From Isurus oxyrinchus (taxonomy: Eukaryota): 64,000 nt of DNA. The notes beneath the pieces are model-generated. The model did not search any database and had not been told where the DNA came from. It saw only the letters and a program-made list of their open reading frames with translations. The DNA lies in assembly GCA_026770705.1 (NCBI GenBank), contig JANJGN010000242.1:310001-374000 (forward strand), written 5' to 3'. This document shows positions 38,514-51,154 of the stretch, in pieces; the first letter of the stretch is position 1; each line of letters opens with the position of its first letter. The position numbers and the translations under genes were made by a program.

Positions 38514-41500
38514 TCGCTCCTGTTTGCAGTTCTGGAACAGCTGAAGTAATATCTCCAATAGCGCAAGACAGGCAAAACTGTACAGAACTAAAGCAGCAGA
38601 GAGAGGCTGTAAGCGGGGCTGCCGTGGGCAATGACAGCGCAAAGCGTGTATCTAACGCTCAGTTAAGAGCTCTTTTGATGTGGAATCTCGGTCACGTCAT
38701 AAAGTATCGGACTGAGAAGACAGTCACTCAGTGTTTGCAGTCTTTAGTGTGAGGAAAGCTTTAACTTTGTGGGATTATATCCCATGGTCACTTTACTGAG
38801 CGTTGATCTATTTCATTCCGTTGTTTGGAGACACATTGAAAACATCAAAATAATCGTATTGCAACACTTGCCTTTACATTAAGGTATTTACACTGCGCTA
38901 CAGTTACGCCCTGAATCTTAAATGAAGAAAAGCACTGTCGATAAAGATGACACTGTGAAACGCTAAAACAAGTTTGAGTTTTGCCCTGAGAGGCCAAAGG
39001 AAACTTTCCCCTTGTGTATCGCATGAATCTCCACATTGTGTTAATCATCTCAGCCTGTTGAGTTTTGGTGATTGAGATATTTCTATGTAGGTCAGGCCAG
39101 GTAAGGACGGCAGATCACTTTTCCTCAAGGGCTTTAGTGAACCAGATAGTTTTTTACAACAATCGGTGATAGTGGCTGTGGTCAATATTACTGATTTATA
39201 TACCAGAGTTGTTATTTGAATGCATATCCCCACAGCATTACCCTGGGCCTCTGGATTTCCAATCCAGTGACACCATTACACCATCGACTCCCCCGAACAT
39301 GGGTCAACTATATTGAAAACTACATTTTAGTCAGCTTTGATATCCTCTCTTACCAGTAACATTCAAACCAGTTGGTATGTTCTCGGAGGGGAATTACAGC
39401 CTCTTCTACAGTTATCTGTTAAAATTAGAGCCGGATGCCGGTGTTCATTGTTTTACAAGGCTCCAGACTGTCGTTGTGTATTCCCCTCATATTCCCCTGT
39501 TTCAGTTGATTCATTCCTCAGCCTCAGTGAAGATTAATCCAGGGTAACAGAACTCCTTCTTTCTGAGGGAGCAATGACCGAAGATCCGAGAGGCTGCTGC
39601 CCCTCTGCCTGACACTCATCAGCCTGATCGCCTCTGGAAAAGTTTTTCCCTCATCTACATACTATATATTCATTATCAAAAGGGTACAGGTAAATTAGAA
39701 TTCCCACCCCGACAGCCAAGGTTCATGACATCCCGGAAAAAGATAATGCCTTTTTAGTGCCCAGACTGGAATACTGGTAATTATGTTCAGATTCTGAATT
39801 TCATGTCGACTCCACAATCTCCTGATTCTGAAATCAGAATCAAGCTACTTCAGCTACTAAACTGCTGAAAGTTTTAAGGTAATACATTATACCTACAATT
39901 GTGCCAATGCATTAGGTAATGCAGTTGTTGTTAAACTTCCCTTTGCTAATATCGCGAATAACAACGTCAAAAGCACAATTATAGAACGTTTGATTGATAG
40001 AAATTTCAGTTCACATAATCATTAAATGTCACAGCAAAGACGGAAAATCTTCATCTCACAAGAACTATTTCCTCACTCTGAATAAAACTATCCGTTTAGC
40101 TCCCCTCTCTACTTCCTCCAGAGCCCCATACATCTTTCGCTTTCCTGTATAAATACAATTTCCTTTTGAAAGTGAAGCTGATTATGCTTCCTTTTTCCAT
40201 ACCGGGAAACATACTTCAGCTCATAACAACTTGCTGCATAAAAAATCTAATTTTTGCCTTTGTTCTTTACGAATTGTCTGAATTCTGGGTGCAGTGGCTA
40301 CTGATCCTCCTTCCAGAAGTATCAATATCTCATGAACAACTCTGTCAAAAGTCTTCATAAATGTAAACACATCGATTACACCACCCTTTCACATTCTCTG
40401 CTCTAAGCAGGCCAATCCCAGTTTCTCTAATCTCTTCACATAACCGAGGTCCCTCATCTCTGGTATAATTCTCTTAAATCTATTCTCGACCCACCCCAAG
40501 ACGATGACATCCTTCTGAAGGTGTGGATTCAAATAAACACATTAATTACTTCTCCTTCAGGTAATTTCTAGCGATAAATGTTATCTTACAATTAGGCTGA
40601 GCAGTAATCTATGTGGAACCAATATTGGTAACAATGTAATGTTGTTTTCTGCTATGTGTTCAACAAAATTGGTTTCTCTATCATTCTGATGTCAATAGAT
40701 CACTGTCGCCACCTGCTGACGAAGATTTTCTTCTACAGGCCCCGGAATTTATGTAAGATGATTCGAGAATTCTTTATGCAACCACGTCCACTTATCGAGT
40801 GAAGTTCACTCACAGGAGTTTCTGAGAGCAAACTACGAGGGGCAAGAGATCAAGAGGAATTATGTGCAGAAGGGCCAGAACCGCTGTCATAAATTATGAG
40901 AAGTGTTCCAAGGGAAAATGAGCAGAAATGGAAAATGATAAACTGACTCCGTCCTGCATTTGGCTTCTTTCCCCGCATCACATCCTGTGTTAATTTGTGT
41001 AAAAGCTGCGAGGGCAGACTTTCACACCCAGCTTTCGCTCCCTTCCTGTTATCTGGACCACACCCTTTCCCTGACCCTAGGGGGCATTGAACCAGCTCCG
41101 CAGGCAATGCTCCCAGGAGCTGTACACAGGTGTATGATTAATTACTGAGAAGCGCCAATGCGTTTCTCCTTCAAATCTTTCCCGTTCCAGATTCAGAAAC
41201 CTGACAGCTATTGGAGCTCGAATGTGCAATTCGAGCACCAGAACTGATAAGATGGGATTTTAACAACGGGCTGCCTGCATTCCTTAAGACAATCGTTGTA
41301 GAATTTCAAATAGTTACAAAGACCCGGAGCCTAGGTTTGTCCCTTTGCAGAATTAGTGTCTCAAAGTTATTATGTTCCGCTCACTTCCCGCCACAGGGAG
41401 TAAAGGAAATTCCTGGCGATTCGCCAATTGGCATGTTCCGATGGGAACCGATGGAGAAAGGAGCAGGGGGTCAAAAACGACATCCTTACTTCACGAGAAC

Positions 41501-41674
41501 AAGTCTATTTCCAACCAATCTAAGAGCAGAAAAACCACGTGACTGGAACATTATCCCTGCCTGTCACATTAACCGACTATTGACTTCGTTCAGACGCTCC
41601 GTCCTCTGCTGATGTGAGCTGGGCTTCCTTTTCTTACTGACATTTTAATTGCAAGGGTGCATTACGCGACACAT

Positions 41675-42092
41675 ATGAATCTACTCCCTGTCATTCTAGT
41701 GCTGCTAACTTGTAAGTATAGGGGATTTATTCTGTAACCTGCAGAGAGTGTCTATTTCTACTCACATTGCTCAAATATCTCATTGTCTGAATGTTTTTAC
41801 AGGTCGATGTCGCTCGGAACAAGTGTCTCAATTTCCCACTGCGACAAACGTACAGAGCGGGGATTCAGTGCAGTTAAACTGCAGCTATGACATATCCAAT
41901 ACTTACGGAATGCACTGGTACAGACAGAAATCTGGTCAGGGACTGGAGTTTATTATAAGCAGCTTCTCCTCTGGCAAAGAGAGAAAAGACCGATTCGAAT
42001 TGGAACTTTCCACTGCGGACAAATGGGGCCAATTGGTCATTGAGAAGACGGAGAGCGCGGATACCGCTGTGTATTACTGTGCGATCAATCCT
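41675..42092 (+). CDS. TRAV/DV: TCR alpha/delta V segment, intact (leader 41675-41711, V exon 41803-42092)
   Basis: VSQFP..VQLNCSY..WYRQ..DTAVYYCAIN. RSS CACACTG(42093-99)-23-ACAAAAAAC. Confidence 0.92.
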
Positions 42093-43213
42093 CACACTGA
42101 GGGGAAACGCGGCTGTCACTGTACAAAAAACCTCGTTCCTGTTTACAGCCCCTGAACAGCTGCAGCGATCTCTCCAATAGCACAGGGGAGGCACGCCGGT
42201 TCAGAACCAGTGCAGCAAACGGAAGCTGTGGGCTGGTCTGCCGTGCACTTTATAAAACCCTTCATATTGCGGCTTTGATCAGAGATTGTAACAGTCACCG
42301 CATTAACTATCCAATAGGTGAAACAGTCACTCCATGAACGCGCCCTTTGTTGTGAGAAAACCTTCAGTAATGATTAATTGTAGGATTATAATCAGTTGAG
42401 CTGATTCGGACATTTTAGTGAATATGTGCACATGTGAGTCTGCTCTGTGACGGCTGACCGAAATTTTAACAGTGATAACCCTTGAGTCTGTCATCTTCCG
42501 TGCGGAAAATTATCTGTCAGGTCACACAAGCATACGAACAAGTAGCAGGAGTAGGCCATTCAGCCCCTCGAGCCTGCTCCGCAATTTAATAAGATCATGG
42601 ATGATTTGATTATAAACTGAAATACGCATCCCACTTACCCCGATAAGCTATCACCCACTTTCTTTCGAAAAATATATCCACCTTTGTCTTAAAAATATTC
42701 AAGGACTCTGCTTCCACCGCTATTTCAGGAAGAGAGCTCCAAAGACTCACAAACCTCTGAGTGAAAAAACAAATTCCCCTCATCTCTGTTTGAGATCAGG
42801 TCCCTGGTTCACTGTACTGCTGATATATCCAATGGCAAGAACAGACCAACGGAAGCAATATCTCCAACAGCAAAATCGGGTCAGAGGAGAGAGACAAACG
42901 GAAGTTGTGGCCGGGGATGCAGCAGAGTGAAAACTGGTAAAACTCCGAGGTGGTGATCAGCTGCAGCCGGAACTGAAGGAGCGGAAATAGCGACGGTTGT
43001 AACTCCAGGAGACTGTGGGCATCCTGCACCTGTTCAGAAAGCATGTGACTGATAATCCGGGTGGGGCAGGGAGGGGCCAGAATCAGGGAAAGATACAGGG
43101 CGGATTGAAAACTCCGCTTACCGTATCTGTGTCTATTCGAAAGAGTCTTTCGCAACCCACATTTTCCACGTTGTTTTTCTTTTTCAACTAATAAACAACA
43201 TCATATTGAAATT

Positions 43214-43420
43214 AAAAACAAAAAAGCTGCGGATGCTGGAAATCCAAAACAAAAACAGACTTACCTGGAAAGACACAGCAGGTCTGGCAGCATCGGCGGA
43301 GAAGAAAAGAGTTGGCCGAGGTCGAAGGGTCATGAGGACTCGAACCGTCAACTCTTTTCTTCTCCGCCGATGCTGCCAGACTTGCTGAGTTTTTCCAGGT
43401 AATTCTGTTTTTGTTTTGGA
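43214..43420. mobile_element. Palindromic Penelope-terminus insertion with 13-bp target-site duplication
   Basis: ~73-bp inverted arms 43242-43314 / 43349-43421, flanked by tcat(a/g)ttgaaatt (43201-13, 43421-33). The empty site is in the paralog near 14810. Confidence 0.85.
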
Positions 43421-44186
43421 TCATGTTGAAATTTAAGATTGGATCCTCTTCGCCCATTATTTCAGGTACCTTATTCCAGACGGTAAAGCATACAATATAA
43501 TGAATAAAACAGATATTTCCCTCTCTGTTGTTTTCATGAAATCGAAATGATTTAGTTATTAAATCTTCTGATAATGGAAACAATTGCGATCATATCTGTC
43601 AAAAGGGCATAACGTTTAGCACATCAATTGAGTCTCTCTTCTACCTCCTTTGTTACGAGGACATGAAACCAAGTTTCCCTATCCTGTTCGCATAAACTTT
43701 CTTTATCTCTAATGCCATTCTGATGTACCGCGTCCGCACTTTCTCCTCAATCTTGACATTCCTTGCACTTAGTCACACCCATGATTTGGACAGAGTGCTC
43801 CAGCGATGATTTCTGCAGATTTAAAATCAAGTTCTGACATAAACATCAACAGCAAAACACGCTGTGTCTAAACAGCTCCAATTTAGCCTTTTGGGGAACA
43901 TTGTTGCCTTGATATGCTTTTCAATAGACCCTAGATCCAATCAGCAGCTGCATCCGAATACAGATTGAGCCGAATTCACCAGCGGAGGGCGTCTAGTTGA
44001 AACATGGACGTCACTGAATCACGTGATGGAAACGCAAACGCAAATAAGGAAGATTTCCTCAGTGAAGTCACAATGAGCCTGCAGTGTGCGGGTGGAGCAA
44101 TGAGCTGAACAGAGCCCGGTTTCCCTCTCTCCTCTTCAACCTCTGGCTCATTCCATTCACATTCACTGAGAGAGATTCAGTCAGTC

Positions 44187-44715
44187 ATGTTTCTGATAAT
44201 ACTGGCGGCGCTGTTGGACAGTAAGTACTGGATTAAGATAATCATGGCAGATTAGTAGATGAATGTGCAGAGATTGCGATAGCATTTAAAACAATTAACG
44301 ATCATAAATATCCATATGATGGACAGCTGGGTAGATAGGAGGTTCCACAAACTCACGGAGCTACAAAAAAATTTAGGTCAATACTGATTAACCGCATGAT
44401 ATTTCATTCCTCTACCTCACAGGCGGACTCTGCGCTGATCCAGTAACTCAGTCCCCAGTTGCAATCACCGTGTCAGAAGGGGGTTCGGTGCAGTTAAACT
44501 GTGAAAATACAGATCGGAATATATACTACATGCAATGGTACCGGCAGCAGACGTCACAGCCACCAAGATGGATTATTACCAATGCCATAGAACTGAAAAA
44601 AAATGAAATTTCAGGACGATATCTGGCGGCTGCTGACATGTCTCAAAGGAACGGTTACCTCAATATAAGCAAACTGAGAGTGGAGGACGAGGCGGTGTAT
44701 TACTGTGTAGTGAAG
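44187..44715 (+). CDS. TRAV/DV: TCR alpha/delta V segment, intact (leader 44187-44220, V exon 44423-44715)
   Basis: VTQSP..VQLNCEN..WYRQ..DEAVYYCVVK. RSS CACAGCG(44716-22)-22-ACAAAAACC. Confidence 0.9.
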
Positions 44716-45034
44716 CACAGCGTTAGATCACAGCTAGAACCCGTACAAAAACCTCAGCGGTTTTTGCTCCCAGGTTCCAGACAGGTGTATTTACCGTAGT
44801 TTTATTGCTCAGTTTGTCCTTGTACAAATCCACAGAGAGGCAGTTTTGGGAAATATGTAAACTTATCTCCATGCCTCCATTTATAGGGGAATTAGTTCCG
44901 AACTTACCCTGAATGTCAGTTTGCCAACAGAGGTAATGATGGGTGGATTGATCAGCTTATTTTACATATTTCCACAAGCATTTTAATTAATTTTCCTTGT
45001 AAATATCATGATATTAATTTTATTCTTCCTTTGG

Positions 45035-45355
45035 AAGCTGTTCCATTTCGCTGGAAAAGAAATCAGATAATGGTTTATCGGGAACGCAAGGACAACAATT
45101 TCCCGTCAACATCACCTTACTTTTGCTGCAAATGAACTTATATTCTTGAACCGACAATTCTCCAATCGAGCTCCCGAAAATCTCTTCTTCATGTTCAGTG
45201 ATGAGAGAGTTGAGGGAAGATTTCAAGTATTTGTGGACCGTGAGAAAGGCTCTACCACTCTCACTGTTCACTCAGTTCAGTTCGCCGATGCTGCCGTTAA
45301 GTACAGTGCGGTGAATCACGGGGATGCAAGGAGGTGAGGAAACTGTACCAGAACT
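45035..45355 (+). pseudogene. Old TCR V relic
   Basis: RQFSNRAPE..GRFQVFVDREKGSTTLTVHSVQFADAAVKYSAVN; CACGGGG(45317-23)-23-ACCAGAACT. Confidence 0.72.
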
Positions 45356-46202
45356 CGCTCAACATGGCGGCTGGGGAGACAATCAGGACATGGGCTTTAG
45401 AAACGGGAGCGATACAAGTCAATTCTGCAAAAAAAAAAACAGTTCATGATCCGAGTAATTTAATGGACCGAAAATAGTTTTATTATTTAAAATAACATAA
45501 CATACAGATGAACACTCTGTACAAAAAAAAACTCACATGGAAAGGATCTTCCCTCTTGAAGGCGAATCTAGAACCAGGGGTCACTTAAAATAAGCGGTCG
45601 CCCATTTAAGGCAGAGATGAGAAGATTTTTATCTCTCAGAAAGTAGGGAGTCTTTGGAACTCCCTTCCTCACAGCGCAGCGGAAGCAGAGGCTTTGAATG
45701 CTTTCAAGGCAGAGGTAGATCAGTTCTTGATAAACAAGCGAGTGGGAGGTAACAGGAGATAGGTGAGAGGTTACAGTCAGATCAGCCATGCCCTTATTGA
45801 ATAGCAGAGCAGGCTCGAAGTGCCGACAGGCCTACTACAGCTCCTATTTCCTATGTTTGCATATACTTGGCATCCTGAAATTTGATTGATTATTAAGGTG
45901 CTCGCAAGCCTTACGAAAGGAACAATCATAAGCTCATCAACTGCGGATTTAAGAATTTATGAACCAGAATTTCATCTACTTATGCAAATGAAGACATACT
46001 CTCTTAATGGAATAGGCACGTCAGAAAACTGAGATAAATAATCTAGCACTGAATTTTAAATAGTAAAAGTAAGAGAAGCGAAAGAATGAAAAGAGAGAAG
46101 TAACAATAAAACCAAAGCCATAAAAACCATAATAACGTGGCAGACTAATCATGCAGCAATATTCGAGAATAAATTGAGTGTCATTGTTTAACAGGCAAGA
46201 TT

Positions 46203-46216
46203 CCACTAGATGGCAC
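46203..46216 (+). promoter_or_regulatory. CTCF-consensus motif (intergenic)
   Basis: CCACTAGATGGCAC. The paralog CCACTGGATGGCAA is at 28531. Confidence 0.5.
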
Positions 46217-46459
46217 TCCAGGACCTTCTGTTTGGAGAAAACTTACCAAGCTGTCAGTTTACGGCTCTGACAGGTGACAGCTGGGGATTACAGGAAATAT
46301 TTTGATTCCGTGACACGTTACTGTAAACAATAGTGCATAAACGGCAAGAATCAATAAATTAATTACGCAAGAGACTGAAAGATGGAGCCCTGTAAATCAT
46401 TGTGTTTCAGGGTCAAATTTCACTGCGCAGTCCAAAGTAAAAGGTTATCAAAATGGGAG

Positions 46460-46555
46460 GGAAAGAGACAGAGACAGAGAGAGAGACAGAAAGAAACAGA
46501 GAGAGAGAGACAGACGGATAGATAGAGAGAGAGAAGGAGACAGAGACAGAGACAT

Positions 46556-46586
<31 letters not shown>

Positions 46587-46600
46587 GGCAGAGAGAGATC
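46460..46600. repeat. (GA)-rich microsatellite
   Basis: Direct sequence. Confidence 0.85.
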
Positions 46601-47569
46601 AGTCCATCTTTTATTGACTGAATATTTTGACCACTATTGACCACAACTTCAGAGTATCTGAAAATTACGTGGACTCTCAAATCCCTTCAATCCACTACAA
46701 GGGCCAGAGTGACAACCCTTTCAGGAAGGGAATTAAACATTCCTACTGTCGTCTGTGTGAACAACATTTCTAATATCACAACAGCGGCTACACGGGAAAA
46801 GTAATTCCTTGGGTTGGAAAGTGCTTACTGACACCTCGAGTCTGTGAAAGGCAATTTCTCTTTCTGCATGATTTGCGTGATCTTTGATTCCAGGGGCAAA
46901 ACTTTATGGTCCCTTGTTTCCAGGGGGACCAGTAAAGTTTATTTATTCACATTTCCTTCTCGTTATTTCAATCGTTTTTGCTAGCTTGTATTGTTGAGGG
47001 GTCACCACGTTCTGGGATTACCAGGATTCTGTCTCCTCTCTGTTCACAGACTCTCTCCGCTCAATGGGACACACGTATTCTGTCAGAAACAACAATGCAG
47101 CAATTTACTGAGGAGCCCCTGACGGAAACTGGCTTCCTGTTCAGGGAAGGCCAGTGATCGAGGCGTCGAGAGGCCACTGCACCCCATATGAATGATTTGT
47201 ACTCATTTACCTGACCGTGTATATATAAACTATGCATTAATTGTCAGCAAGGTGCACGTGCATAACAATACAAAGGCCGTTCTGCAAACACTACTTGTCA
47301 GCCGAGGCTCAGTTATTCACCCTATCGCCTCTAAACATCGCTTTTCTGGATCCCATCCCTCTCTGGAATCTTGACCCCCAGGATCTATGCCGACACCTCA
47401 GGGAAATATACAAAGTGCCTGACTTTCGGATGAGATGTTAAATCGAAGGCACTGCCTACCCTCCCAGGTGAACATGGTAGATCACATGAACACTATTTTG
47501 AAAAGGAGACATGGAATTGTCCTGAGCAAAATTTCTCCACCAATTACCGTCACAGAAATTGTTGTGGTT

Positions 47570-48125
47570 GTTGAAAGTCAGTCATTTCAGCTCCAGGACA
47601 TCACTGCAGGGGTCCCTTAGGGTAGTGTCTTCGGCCCAACCACCTTCAGTTGCTTCATCAATGATCTTCCTTCCATCATAAGTTCAGAAGTGGGGATATT
47701 TTGTGGATGATTGTACAATGGTCAACACCGTTTGTGACTCCGCTGATACTAGAGCAGTCCACGTCCATATGCAGCAAGACCTGGACAACGTCCAGGTTTG
47801 AGCTGACAAGAGGCAGCTAACACTCAAGCCACCCAAGTGCCAGGCAATGAACATCTCCAACAAAAGAGAATCCCTTGACATTCAATGGCATTGCCATCAC
47901 TGAATCCCCAACTATCACTACTCTGGGGGTTATCATTGACCAGAAACTGAAATGGTCTAGGTATATAAATAATGTGGCTACAAGACCAGGTTGGAGGTCA
48001 GGAATTTTATGGCGAGCAACTCACCTCCTGTCCATCGTCTAAAAGGCACAAGTCAGGGGTTTGATGGAATATTCTCCACTTTTTTGGATGAGTGCAGCTC
48101 CCACAACACTCAAGAAGCTTGACGC
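47570..48125 (+). mobile_element. CR1-clade LINE RT fragment
   Basis: SQSFQLQDITAGVP*GSVFGPTTFSCFINDLP; homologous to 4130-4760. Confidence 0.75.
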
Positions 48126-48761
48126 ACACCGAAGTCTATAGCACCTGGTCTATAGATTAGCTCTGGGTCTGCCTGTCTGTTTTGAGACACGTACATGATG
48201 CGGAACATGAAACTGAGACTAGGAACGATGGGTGAGTACAGATTGAGCTTCAGAATGTTTCCTTAATGCTGGAATGTTTTACGTCACCATTAACAATCCC
48301 GAGTTTGCTGGTGACAATGAACAAACTAGGATTTCAGTTCCCCCACCTCCACCTCTAAAAGCGCAGCCATTCCACTATCAGAGCACTGCCTGTAGTACAG
48401 CTCCGGGTATTTCCATTCAATGTCAGACAGTTCACCACCGATGTAGCTCCCAGGCCAACGGAGACACAAGGTGGTGAAGTGAGAGCATCCTGAGACATGA
48501 TAGCATCCTTTTGAGGGTGGGGATTAGAACGGATGTCTTCAAATCTAATTCTGTGAAGGCTCTCGGTCGGATCGGGTTCTGCAGTTTTATCTTGTCGGTC
48601 GCTTTTGGAAACGGTTGATAACGGTTTGATCCGAGTTTAATGTGGTTTCCTCTCCGTTTGTGTTTGAGCGGCTGACAGCGTCACTGAACGTTGCGGCTGC
48701 ATCTGCCCGAGATTCTCTACAAACCCCAACAGACAGGAGCTCTTATTCATGGTGCACAGGC

Positions 48762-49233
48762 AGTTTTTGCACAGGGATGTGACCGTTTTCCATCACTGCG
48801 AGTGTGAGAGCTGCAGATCCAAGAGGGTTAAACCGGTGAATTTATTCGAGGGCTGGAGCTGTGCAGGGAAACGACTTTTAGCAAATTCTGCTTTATCTTC
48901 ACTACCGCTCGTGTCTATCTGCAATATAAACTCAGGCTGTGAGTCTGGGTGTTGTCGGTACCAGAACAAATAGTAGATGCTCATTGTAGTATCATAGGTA
49001 CAGCCTAAAGTCACCGCTTCTCCTTCTGTCTTAACCTCTGAGGACAGCGGGTGAGTGACAGAATCTCCGTGACTCAGATCTGAAAAACATTTTCATACAG
49101 AAAAAAGTCAGACCGCCAACTGTTTAAAATTCACGTTTAAGGCTTTTGTTGAAAAATAGGGGAAAAATTAAATTTGTCTGGCCCATATTTACCTGTCAGA
49201 AATGCTCCCCACACAACTCAGACGCTGAGTAGC
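48762..49233 (-). pseudogene. Inverted TCR V pseudogene (paralog of 31025)
   Basis: ATG deleted, and the D-x-x-x-YYC region deleted. Heptamer CGCAGTG(48800-794)-23-GCAAAAACT. Confidence 0.9.
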
Positions 49234-50651
49234 GTCTGTAAAAGGGGAGTTGGATATTTGAAGGTACCCGTTCTAAACCCGACCCTCAATAATCTGCTGT
49301 CGCATATGAAGATGGTCTCACCTCACTTCCTGTGTCCCGAGTGGTGATGTCAGGACGTCAGCTGTTAAGCTGGCTCGCAATGAGCTGAAAAATCCCGAGC
49401 TGGGCTACAGTCAGTGTCCTTTTAGATGGAATGGTTTCGCAGTTAGAATAAAACCCTGATTTAATTGTTGTAACCAGAAACATGGGATTGCTGATTTGGT
49501 TTGTTTATTCTGGCGACCATTCATCAGCTGAAGTTCCAGTAGCTTTATCAATAGGATACAGGCAACCGTGACTCCTCGATCAGTGACGTAGTGAACTAAC
49601 AATAATTTTGCCATTTTGCCTGAGTGGTTTCTGGATCCGTCATGTTAAAAGGGAGATATCAGCTGATACTGAACATATACTGAGTAAAAGTAAATAATAA
49701 ACTCGCGTTGTAATTTATCAGCGTTACCAGCAATGACCTTTTCTGTGGCTTGCATTTAAATTTCTGTTTGAGTTTATTCTGCAGTTCTTCATGTTGGTGA
49801 TGATTAATCTAACCTTCCATCATATACAGGTTTGGAATTTGTGATCAGAGAGATTTTGGGGTCAGGCGCTTTTTAAGCAACGTGTCTCTCATCGGTTTAA
49901 AGTGGACGGGAACAGAGAGCGAGTGTGGATTCAAAGCCTCCAATATTAGTTGCAGAGCGGGTTTTTATTAACAAGAATTGAGCACCAACGGGTCTGTTTT
50001 TATAACATTAGCTGGGGTTAGAAAAAGGCTGTGGAGCTGAAAAAGAAATAGTCCATAGACTTTTTTAGTTTGTCTTGCGCTCCTTTAAGATCCATTTTCA
50101 CCATCAGTGCAGTAAGAATTATTGCGATCTGACGCCCTCTAGTGCTCATTCTGAGAAATGTTCAGACGCCGCTGGACTGATTGTGAGAGATGATGTATTT
50201 AACCCCTGATTTTGATGTGACATTTCATATCTGTAGGATGTTCAGTTTCAGCGGTCCTAGCTTAATATTCTGGGCAGAAACGAAGGTCTAACATTATTGA
50301 ACTAAAGGCTGTAACAAGAAAGTAAAGACGGTGATGATTAAATAATAAAGACAGGCGATGAGAGGAAATAGACTGGGAAAATATATGGAAAGGCAGAAGG
50401 TCAGTTAAGGTTCCACAGATGTATCTGTAAATTTTATCTTTATAATAAATGTGAATTGTTGGCATAATTTTACAAGTGAACCTCACATCTTCTTGTAGAG
50501 TGTTTTGTTTCTTTGCAGTTTTAGAAGTCTATGTAAATCTCACTGTGGAGGCTGAATTATTGCTTCTTTGTTTATTGAATTTATTGAATTATTGCTTTCC
50601 GTTATATTGTTGCCTCAGCGCCCTCTAGGGATTCTAGCTGGAACCAGCGAG

Positions 50652-51154
50652 AGGTTTTGTCCGTGATCCTCCATATCTTTGCAGCAATGTGGGACTTCAG
50701 GGCACAGAAAAATACGGCGGTATCGGAGAACAGGGCTTTACTAATCATTAACTCAGTTGTTTAGATAGTCTTGCGAAAGCATCGCAGAGAATTGTTCTAT
50801 ATATCTGGTTTGGCTTTGTTATTCCCCCGAAGAGATAAAACACAAACCGTGGAGGCTGGCTGGTCTGCTGGCTGTGCCGGAACACATAAGGGCTCGGATT
50901 GCTTGTTTTCAAAGTGCAGGTTATGGTGACATTTGCTTCCTCTTTGACAGACATTTATGGAACCGACTGCCCAACCGAGCACTGATTGCTCCATTCCGAC
51001 ATAGATAATGGCCATATTTATCATTACATCATCATTTCAAGCAATTTGCTATAAATAATGTTTGGCATACGGCAGCCAGTGGGGGAAAATGTCTTTTTTA
51101 CATGTACTTACTGTGATGCGATTTAATAATGAGTGGCCTGAGATATTTCCACAT
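50652..51154 (-). pseudogene. Inverted TCR V pseudogene (family of 32780/34115)
   Basis: Leader-like 51154-51112 with GTAAGT. EEANVTITCTLKTS, then a frameshift, then DTAVFFCALK. CACATTG(50691-85)...ACAAAACCT. Confidence 0.8.

Larger units (their letters stand above)
35095..49350 (+). repeat. Segmental duplication block B (contains paralogs of blocks A and C)
   Basis: See blocks A and C. Confidence 0.85.
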
